Shown one piece after another: positions 55,989-64,000 of a stretch of DNA of 64,000 nt. The DNA lies in assembly GCA_963706285.1 (NCBI GenBank), contig CAVPLU010000003.1, positions 1-64,000 of the forward strand. Direction: 5' to 3'. Positions within the stretch are counted from its first letter, which is position 1, and every line of letters starts with the position of its first letter. The notes beneath the pieces were generated by a model, which saw only the letters and a list, made by a program, of their open reading frames with translations, had not been told where the DNA came from and did not search any database. The DNA comes from Candidatus Bathyarchaeota archaeon (GTDB lineage: Archaea > Thermoproteota > Bathyarchaeia > 40CM-2-53-6). A program made the position numbers and the translations under genes.

Positions 55989-56585
55989 ATGAAAGCAGCA
56001 ATCATTGTCGCCCATCCTGATGATGAGAGTATCTGGAGTGGTGGGCTGATACTGCAGAAACCAGATTGGGAATGGACGGTGCTTAGCCTATGCCGGGGCG
56101 ATGATCCCGATCGATCACGGAAGTTTGAGTCGGTTGGTGGCCTGCTTGGTTTCGATGCTTTCATATCCGACGTAGACGATTCCGATCCTTTGAAGCAGAT
56201 AGATGCTCAGAGAGAAATCGGTAGCAGGATTCTCAACTTTCTTGCGTCCACTTGTTGGGATCTTTGCTTGACTCATGGCTCCAACGGAGAGTACGGCCAT
56301 CTCAGACACAAGGAGGTTCACGGCGAGGTCCTCAGGTTGGCCCACGAGGGGACCCTGGAATGCCGCCAGTTATGGACGTTTGCATACGAATGCAACGTTC
56401 AGGAAAGATTCTGCCGACCTGATCCACATGCCAACGTCCTAGTTCATCTTGCAGACAAAGAGCTTTTCGAGAAGAGACGAATAGTTCACCGGGAATATGG
56501 GTATGAGGAGGACTCGTTTGAGGTCCGTTCCTGCATAACGCCTGAAAGTTTCCGACGCTCCATTGTGAGGGACGAGCAGCAATGA
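55989..56585 (+). CDS. PIG-L/LmbE family deacetylase
   Basis: VAHPDDE, THGSNGEYGHLRH. Confidence 0.88.
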   Translation: MKAAIIVAHPDDESIWSGGLILQKPDWEWTVLSLCRGDDPDRSRKFESVGGLLGFDAFISDVDDSDPLKQIDAQREIGSRILNFLASTCWDLCLTHGSNGEYGHLRHKEVHGEVLRLAHEGTLECRQLWTFAYECNVQERFCRPDPHANVLVHLADKELFEKRRIVHREYGYEEDSFEVRSCITPESFRRSIVRDEQQ

Positions 56586-57751
56586 AGATCCTGGTTATGT
56601 ACGACTATCCTCCATCCCCTGGAGGTTTGACCACTCAAGGCGACCTTCTCTACAGAGGGTTACGGGAACTTGGAGTGGAGGTTTTCCCGGCACCATTCGA
56701 GTCGGAGCAGGAGAAGGAATGGTACTATCGTTGGTTCCAACCAGACATAGCTGTGGGCGTCGGATACTGGGGGCATACACCACATCTGATATTGCATCCG
56801 CAACGTCATGGAGTGCGAGCGGTACCATGGTTGGTCGTCGACGGCTACCTAGGAGATACTGAGACATACCTGGAGATACTGAACGCATTACCCTTGATCC
56901 TAGTTACGTCCAACTGGGTCAAGGATGTTTATTCACGTGATGGATTGGATCCTTCAAAGATTGAAGTTCTTCCAGTAGGTTGCGATACAGACTCCTTCAT
57001 CCCAAGAGAGAAGACAGATCCAAAGGTCGTGGCAGTGCGTGAGGCATTGGGAGTATCCCCTGAAGAGATCATGATTCTCACAGTAGGTGGAGACGCGGCA
57101 TCTAAGGGAGCCCAAGAAGTCATGCAGGCGCTCGCTATGATCAGTAAAGAAGCGCCTGATTGGAGATACGTCTGCAAAGTCTGGCCTCAGCCTCGAACGC
57201 AGCAACAGAATCTTGCTGATCTCCAGCTAGCCAAACATCTCGGAATCGACCAGAACGTGATCTATACCATGAGCCGTGCATCCCGCAACTTCATGCCCTA
57301 CTTGATGGCCGCGTGCGACATCTACGCCGGACCGTCTCGTTTGGAAGGATTTGGAATGACGCAGGTAGAGGCCGGAGCGTGCGGTAAACCTGTGATCGGT
57401 ATCAAGGCTATGGGGATGCTTGATACTCTTGTCCACGGGCAGACCGCTTTTCTGGCTGAGGTCGCTGAGGAGGTCCGCATAACGGAGAGAACTTTAGGAG
57501 AGCAAGAGGGATACGAACATGCACATCGAGTTGTCTTCAAGAGTCCACAAACAGCCGATTATCGAGCAAGCGTGCATGACATAGCAGAGTATCTGCTGAG
57601 ACTCATGACAGATGAAAAGCTCCGTCAGAGGATGGGAGAGGCTGCGAGAAAGCGAGTAGTAGAGAAATTTGACTATCGTATCGTAGCAAAAAGTTTCATG
57701 CAGATAGCATCGGAACGGCTGAGGATTCCTTCAAATGTCCATCAGAAGTGA
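56582..57751 (+). CDS. Glycosyltransferase family 4
   Basis: KGAQE, PSRLEGFGMTQVEAGACGKPVI, MGEAARKRV..FD. Confidence 0.9.
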   Translation: MKILVMYDYPPSPGGLTTQGDLLYRGLRELGVEVFPAPFESEQEKEWYYRWFQPDIAVGVGYWGHTPHLILHPQRHGVRAVPWLVVDGYLGDTETYLEILNALPLILVTSNWVKDVYSRDGLDPSKIEVLPVGCDTDSFIPREKTDPKVVAVREALGVSPEEIMILTVGGDAASKGAQEVMQALAMISKEAPDWRYVCKVWPQPRTQQQNLADLQLAKHLGIDQNVIYTMSRASRNFMPYLMAACDIYAGPSRLEGFGMTQVEAGACGKPVIGIKAMGMLDTLVHGQTAFLAEVAEEVRITERTLGEQEGYEHAHRVVFKSPQTADYRASVHDIAEYLLRLMTDEKLRQRMGEAARKRVVEKFDYRIVAKSFMQIASERLRIPSNVHQK

Positions 57752-58926
57752 GGGTGTCGAGAAGGCCAAAAGAGCGGCGCTGGATGTTCTGCTTCATAAT
57801 ATGCATGGTCCGTGTGATGGGCTGCCTAGGACCGCTGGTTGGGGCTACCCGGAACCGTATACTCGCGACCTCATGATCTCGAGCCTAGGAATCCTAGGAT
57901 CACGCAATCAAAGGCTGACTTCTTCAATTCGTCATGTGCTTGAGACTCTCGCTAGGAACCAGAGTCCCCGGGGGCTGATTCCGTCACTGGTTCATGACCC
58001 TGAGGACCGAGCGAGCAGTGATACTACACCACTTTTTCTATTGGCTGTGGCCTGTTTTCGCATGACCACAGGCGAGAGCAGCTTCCTCGAAACTGCGGTC
58101 CAAAAAGCAATGACTTGGATGGGCTACCAAAGTCCATCCGACAGGATAATCGTCGCACAACTGCCGACCAGCGACTGGCGTGATGAACAGTGGGTTCTAG
58201 GGTTTGGCCTCTTCGTGAACACTCTGGTTTACTCATATCTGAGACTCTACGGCGAACATGAAAAAGCCGATCTTCTTCGTAGCCTGATGAACAAGTACAC
58301 CATAACTGCTGACGTCACGCATCGTCACGTTCATGAGGGGCTGGCTATGCGGCAAAAACCGTACTATGCCCTCTGGTCATACAAGAACAACAACAGCGAA
58401 CGGTTTGATTTGCTAGGAAACAGCCTAGCCATACTTACGGGAATCGCCTCGCCTTCACGAGCCAACGCGATCATATCATGGGTTGAACGTGAGTGCGCTA
58501 CGATGCGGAAGAGAGGCAAGCTGGTTGGCGACCTTCCACCGAACCTCTTCCCATTTATTCGTGAGGCGGACCCTGACTGGCGACCACGTTACAAAGATCT
58601 ACAACCTGCCAGGAGAATATCATAACGGCGGTATCTGGCCTTTCGTATGCGGCTTCTATGTGGCGGCGCTAGTGGCTGCAGGTCGACAACGACTCGCAAC
58701 GAAGAAGCTTGAGGCGCTAGCAAGGATAGTACGGCCTGCAAGGACAGCAAACGTGGCTTTCGGCTTCAATGAATGGTTAAGAGCACAGGATGGGACGCCA
58801 CGTGGCCAAGATTGGCAGACTTGGTCTGCAGCGATGTATCTTTATGCCGCTGTCTCAGTGGAGCGATGTGAGACTCCCTTTTTCAAGGAGGTCCGAACCA
58901 GTTCTCATAATGCCGCATTCAGGTGA
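57735..58926 (+). CDS. (alpha/alpha)6 glycoside hydrolase, GH100/amylo-alpha-1,6-glucosidase-like (frameshift near 58600)
   Basis: YTRDL, NQSPRGLIP, DTTPLF, DWRD, RFDLLGNSLA, YHNGGIWPF, FNEW, QTWSAA. Confidence 0.75.
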
Positions 58927-59218
58927 GCGATCTAGGCGAGAGCAAATCCTGGCAGTGCACATCGGGACCTACACGTTCTCATCCGCGGATTCTGTGATGG
59001 ACCCGATCAGAAGCAATTCCCATGTACAACGCCATCTATGCGTACTGTGCCGTGAAGACTGTGCCGGCAAAATTGCTTCAAAAGGAGAATCGGTTCTTGT
59101 TGTGGAAACGGATGTCTCCCACTTGATAGTTCAAATCCAACCGTCCACTCCAGAGATACCGGATACGATCTTCGTTCGAATTGGCCTTCATGACTAAGGC
59201 TGATGCGCTAATTAGCGT

Positions 59219-60102
59219 TCAATCTCGACGCGCTCTTGCTGAGACGGTGACTCTCTGGACTCCGATGAATTTCTCTTTCACTGTCGTCTCAATGCGGGAT
59301 TTGATTTCGTCGAGCGTGCCCACTGTCATGGTGCTGTCGACTTCTATGTGTATTTCCGATTGTACGAAGGGTCCCGAGGCTCTTAGGAGCACGTCCTTCA
59401 CTTCCACTCCATCGTTGTTTTCAACTATTCCTCTTATCTCTTCCACAAGCTGGGGGTTGTGGTAGGCGTCGAGCAACACTAATGTGGTTTCTTTCAGGGC
59501 AACGTAGCAGACGAGAAGGATGAAGAGCCCCACGGCCATTCCTCCTAGTGCGTCCAATTCGTGGAATCCAAGCGAGGAACCGAGCACTGCAAAGAAGACT
59601 AGAAACGATGCTGAACCATCTTTAATCGCGTTGTTGGCATCCAGCCTGAGGGATGCTAGATTGTATTTCTTCGCGATTCTTCTCATCTGAGACAGCCCTA
59701 TAGAGAGAGATGCTGCCTGCAATCAGCAAGACTGCCATTGCTAGGATTGGTAGAGTCAGTGGTCTTGGTTCGAGAAAGGCGCGATAGGATCGGTATATGA
59801 CGAATCCGCCTACACCTGTTAGAACAATTGATGTTGCGAACGCAACCAAGCTTTCGACCTTGTGATAGCCAAAGTGGAATTTCTCGTCTGGTGCTTTTCG
59901 TGACATCTTGAGGCCAAACCAGACCAGGAATGAGACGAAACCGTCTGATATCGAATCTATTCCATCTGCCGTCAAACCAATGCTACCGGTGAACTGTCCG
60001 GTCGCGATCTCGATTACACCTAAGACCTACGAGTGTCCATACTGACGCCTTCGCTAGCCTTTCGCCCTCAAAGTAGCCTGCTGAAACTCCAGAGGACTTC
60101 AT
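59219..60102 (-). CDS. Cation diffusion facilitator transporter (two frameshifts)
   Basis: ADGIDSISD, PDEKFHFGYHKVE, LRLDA..AIKD, C-terminal dimerisation domain. Confidence 0.85.
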
Positions 60103-60212
60103 AGGGTCATCATCCAAGATTCGGTCGACTCGTTGAAGATGCGATGATCATTGCTCCGACGGATCAGATATCTGCATACTGTCTTCATGAAGATGATTAT
60201 GAAGATGTGGAT

Positions 60213-60315
60213 GGTTCAAATCTGGATGCCCACGCGAAATGTGCTGACGATGAAGAACGAACGCTTCCATATGATGACTCAAATTGCGATGGCTGCACCG
60301 CGGTACCCGTGCACA
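60213..60315 (+). repeat. Two tandem modular sites, period 63 bp (cores 60231-60244, 60294-60307)
   Basis: GGTTCAAATCTGGATGCC-CACGCGAAATGTGC-TGACGATG ... GACTCAAATTGCGATGGC-TGCACCGCGGTACC-CGTGCAC. Confidence 0.72.
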
Positions 60316-60537
60316 TATTCCCTGACCATGCTCTCTTGATACAGGCGCTTATGGTTACCATTTGATGCTAGACACAAGTTTCAAATGAATCCAGAATCAC
60401 ATGGATCGACAGCGTCTTGCTGATATATCCCTGTTTGCATGTTTGGAGTCTGTTGCTTTCTCCGTACGCAGACATGAGAGCGCCGAGGAAGGGCGTGATG
60501 ACAAGAAGCGCCAAACATTGGGAGGTAAGATACGACT

Positions 60538-61713
60538 ATGAGTGTCATGATTCTGAGAACGGTCATCTTGCTGGGCGTGCTGTCGTTGGCGGTGGGATTG
60601 TCAGCGCAGGTCACCATGATACGGGCCCTAACGCTGTATGACTCCGGCGAATCCGACGCCCGAAGAGCAGTTAGTACTTGAGTACATCAACCGAGCGCGA
60701 GCCAATCCTACCTCGGAGGGCACACGTTTGGGCATTGACATGTGGGAAAGCTTGTGCGACCTCAATGACGTAGGGGTTCGCCCACCTCTGGCCATGAACA
60801 AGATCCTGCTCCAAGTAGCAGATTATCACAGCTGGGACATGTACACTAACAACTATTTCGCCCACAATGACCTTAGCGGTCACGATCCAAGTCAGCGCAT
60901 GACAAACGCAGGCTATAGTCCGTGGACGTGGGGCGAAAATATCGCTGTGGGCAGTAGTGGTTACAGTGCCACGAATCTGGAAGATGACCTCATGGTTGAC
61001 TCCAGCACCTCATGTCGGTCTCCATCGCGTCAACCTGTTCGACAACAACTTCAAAGAAGTCGGAGTCGGTTATTATGCAGGGGCGACTCCAAATCCCTCG
61101 CGCTGGAGTAACTTCCTCACGCAAGATTTTGGCTTGGCGAGCGTCGGGCCGTTCCTGGTAGGTGTGGTCTACAATGATGCGGATGGCTGACAACTTCTAC
61201 GATATCGGTGAGGGCGTCTCTGGGGTCCAGATCACTCCCAGCGGGGGAAGTTACTACGCAGTCTCATCCACAAGCGGTGGTTACGCGTTCCCGATCGGTA
61301 CCTCAGGGACGATCACGGTGACAGCTTCAGGTTCTGGTTACGGCTCGATCACGAAGACGGTGTCGTTTACTGGTGCAAACATCAAGCTGGACTTCACCAA
61401 CATGAGCAACAACACTACTACGAAAACCACTACAACCACCACTAGGACTTCTACAACCAGCACGACCTCAACAACCAGCACGACTATAGCCATCGCGATT
61501 TCTACCAGCACGCCATCTTCTACTACAACCAGTACGACCTCTTCAACAGCCAGCACGACTTCTAGAGTCAGCATGACTTCTACAATCAGCACGACCTCTT
61601 CCACTACAACAACCAGTACGACGGAGATTCCGGAATATCAGTTTGGCCAAGCAGTTCTCCTCATCGCACTTGTAGGAGTCTATGGAGTGATGCGCCGAAA
61701 GATCGCCAAATGA
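60538..61713 (+). CDS. Secreted CAP (SCP) domain protein with Thr/Ser linker and PEF-CTERM-like anchor (several frameshifts)
   Basis: Signal peptide from ATG 60538, LEYINRARANP, HSWDM..YFAH, GENIA, HRVNL..EVGVG, TQDFG, IPEY-TM-RRK. Confidence 0.8.
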
Positions 61714-61905
61714 GTCAAACGCGTTTTCTTTCACTCTCGAATGATCATGCTGAATCTTTGGGCGCTTCAGCGGTCACCGTGTAGGATCAACAAGCAACAG
61801 AGTCGAGTCTTGTCTTCCTCAAGGAAGCAGTCTTCGCGTCGTACTTGACATTGCCAGGAGTCTTAGCAGTCGTAGTTGTGGGTTGAGATTCGTTCCTTTC
61901 TCTTT

Positions 61906-61950
61906 CTGTGTGTGCATCAAGCGATCCACACACAAATCTCTAGTTCAAAC
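61906..61950 (+). repeat. Modular site (core 61913-61926)
   Basis: CTGTGTG-TGCATCAAGCGATC-CACACACAAAT..AGTTCAAAC. Confidence 0.75.
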
Positions 61951-62042
61951 CCACCTGAGGGCTATCTGACTTGTTTTGGGTTTCCTGTTCTTTGTCAAGT
62001 TCTCGGGTCTGAAGATGAGTGTTAGGCACAGCCCAGGTTAGA

Positions 62043-62624
62043 CTATGGTTTCTTGCTATGCTCGGATGACATCGCGGCCACAGTCTCATAGTTTTCTGGT
62101 GTGCAGTAGAGACGGATCGTCCTCAAGCCGCCGCCTAGTCCTCCGGCGAACCATCGTTCCTTCAAGAGGATTACATGCTCCTTTGGGTACAGCAATACTT
62201 GGCGGACATCGTGCCAGCTGATCTCGCCGCCGATGCCTGCGCCGCTTGTGTGGGATTGTTGGAGTCCGATGATAATGGCTGGCGGACTGGATCTCGCGAT
62301 ACCCATGAGAATCAGTAGGAAACTGATGCCTTTGTAGGCATCTCTTTGCTTTGAACGCGTTGTGAAACCTGCACCTCGACTTTCAACACGGAAACGAACT
62401 TGACGATAGCTTTGTTGAATAATGAAGCGGACTAGTACAGTGAAAAAGATCACCAATGCCACCAGTACAGATGCGTATATGCTCAACAATGTCAGTGGTA
62501 TCAAGATGAGAGCAGAGATTCCGATTACTTTGATCAGGTATTGTGTCGTGAAGCGATCGTAGATGGGAAGATCATAATCCCATTCCAACTCCTTGGGAAG
62601 CTCTCGTTTTTCATTATGTGTCAT
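62043..62624 (-). CDS. Hypothetical membrane protein
   Basis: LEWDYDLPI, TM pair, ISWHDVRQV..P..HVILL..LYCTPENYE. Confidence 0.65.
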   Translation of the reverse strand: MTHNEKRELPKELEWDYDLPIYDRFTTQYLIKVIGISALILIPLTLLSIYASVLVALVIFFTVLVRFIIQQSYRQVRFRVESRGAGFTTRSKQRDAYKGISFLLILMGIARSSPPAIIIGLQQSHTSGAGIGGEISWHDVRQVLLYPKEHVILLKERWFAGGLGGGLRTIRLYCTPENYETVAAMSSEHSKKP

Positions 62625-62717
62625 TGTGTTTTGCCTACAGCATCCTATTGACAATCTTGCGCTTGAATTCGGGTGAACCAACTGTTAAATAGGTTTGGAC
62701 TGGTCACCGTGTTTGAC

Positions 62718-63410
62718 ATGAGCAAGGTATCTGATTCTGAGAAATACATTGCAGAGTTCATCGGCACATTTGTACTGGTTTTCATGGGCTGTGGGAGCGC
62801 TGTAATTGCTGGCAAATTCATAGGCTTCATGGGAATCGCGTTCGCCTTTGGCCTCTCAGTCCTTGTGATGGTTTATGCCATTGGAGGCATTTCCGGATGC
62901 CACATAAATCCCGCCATCTCGATATCGATGCTCGCTTCCGGAAAGATGAAACTGCAGGACACGGTGATCTATGTAGTAGTGCAGTGCATGGGTGCCGTGG
63001 TTGCTGCGGCGTTACTGTACTCAATCGCTATCGGGAATCCGGGATACAGTCTCGCCGTCAATGGTTTGGGTCAGAATGGGTACGGAGAAGCCTCGCCTGG
63101 CGGATTCTCTATGAGTTCCGGATTCATTGCGGAAGTTGTTCTGACGTTCATATTCCTGCTCGTGATCTATGGCTCGACCAGCGAGAGAGCCCCCAAGGGC
63201 TTCGCGGGCCTTTCGATAGGCTTGAGTCTGGTTCTTATCCACCTAGTTGGGATACCGATAACGGGCACATCTGTTAACCCTGCGAGAAGTCTCGGCCCGG
63301 CGATTATGGTCGGAGGTGCTGCTCTGAATCAGCTGTGGCTGTTTTGGGTTGCCCCGATCATCGGAGGGCTTCTCGCCTCATTGGTCTGGCGCATTCTCGA
63401 ATCAAAATGA
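62718..63410 (+). CDS. aqpZ: Aquaporin Z (MIP family)
   Basis: AEFIGTF, SGCHINPAIS, GTSVNPARS, LWLFWVAP. Confidence 0.93.
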   Translation: MSKVSDSEKYIAEFIGTFVLVFMGCGSAVIAGKFIGFMGIAFAFGLSVLVMVYAIGGISGCHINPAISISMLASGKMKLQDTVIYVVVQCMGAVVAAALLYSIAIGNPGYSLAVNGLGQNGYGEASPGGFSMSSGFIAEVVLTFIFLLVIYGSTSERAPKGFAGLSIGLSLVLIHLVGIPITGTSVNPARSLGPAIMVGGAALNQLWLFWVAPIIGGLLASLVWRILESK

Positions 63411-63506
63411 GAAAGCACGAGACCTGAAGCGTACTTGAAATCCCATCAATCTCCATGGGTTGCTCTACTTCGTGCAGCCTCGGTGATCTGAATCGTCGTT
63501 CTGTCG

Positions 63507-63535
63507 ATTTGTGTGTAGGTCACATGTGCGGAGGT
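63507..63535 (-). repeat. Modular site (core 63517-63530)
   Basis: rc CGCACATGTGACCT-ACACACAAAT. Confidence 0.6.
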
Positions 63536-63613
63536 CCGAGCATGGGTCGTAAGGACGTGTGGTCTCCTTAAGCTAGACTTCGCCGTACTAAGTGTTGATA
63601 CGGGTGATTCACT

Positions 63614-64000
63614 ATGGACGCGACGGCGACTAATTCGCATCTCAAAATTCACCTAATCACACACCCGCTCAGACAGAACCCGGCAACATTTGTCTCCGGG
63701 ATACTCTTGCTCGCGGTATTTGTCAGCTTAGCCTCACTAGTCTTACCATCGGTTACCGTGCCAACTTTCAGAACCGAAACTATCACTATCTCAGGAGTTC
63801 TAGTAGTATTTCCAGGATACATCTCTACAACATCCGACAACTCAACACTGTTCTACAAAGTCCCAATGACGAATACAGTCACGGTTACAAGCGAAGTAAT
63901 CTATTCAGGCTTCACGACAATACCGATGTACACTGCTTTCGGTTTGAGTGACGCACAGTTCATGCTTCTGGGGATATTGATGGTCACACTAGGGTTGTCC
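63614..64000 (+). CDS. Hypothetical membrane protein, runs off the window end
   Basis: SD GGTGA, ATG 63614, frame open to 64000 with TM, Thr-rich segment, TM. Confidence 0.55.
   Translation, partial: MDATATNSHLKIHLITHPLRQNPATFVSGILLLAVFVSLASLVLPSVTVPTFRTETITISGVLVVFPGYISTTSDNSTLFYKVPMTNTVTVTSEVIYSGFTTIPMYTAFGLSDAQFMLLGILMVTLGLS

Noticed and set aside
61410-61625. ACC/ACG/AGC-rich repetitive DNA
   Set aside because: Explained by the Thr/Ser linker of the CAP-domain surface protein

Overview
Archaeal genomic window, most consistent with a TACK lineage such as Bathyarchaeia (inferred from a multi-intron tRNA, archaeal shikimate kinase, TFS and a CFI-box-CTERM protein). Left part (1-23.4 kb) is housekeeping: a YeeE/TusA/DsrEFH-like sulfur-relay cluster, an ilv-leu operon lacking ilvC, a methanogen-type homocysteine synthesis trio, and phe/tyr and aro operons. 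The ilv-leu operon is preceded by an unannotated Ile/Leu/Val-rich leader ORF and a hairpin covering a likely ribosome-binding site. A double-intron tRNA-Lys(UUU) at 23655-23763 marks a sharp transition. From about 50 bp downstream of it to the window end, short modules of 1-5 accessory genes in both orientations are separated by about 40 copies of a degenerate modular site. The site has a 14-bp core (consensus CGCACCAAG-NN-(T)AC(C)) with interchangeable arms: left TGTGTGTG or GGTTCAAAT-N5-TGCC, right CACACAC or CGACGACG. One arm plus half the core reproduces tRNA 3'-end spacing (T-loop, 13 nt, CCA). Apparently empty sites occur in ~61-bp tandems, and hybrid sites with matching cores bracket gene modules. 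This suggests a tRNA-anchored gene-cassette system, but no recombinase is visible in the window. Many single-base frameshifts, including in core genes, look like uncorrected long-read errors. All calls come from reading the sequence; no searches were run.
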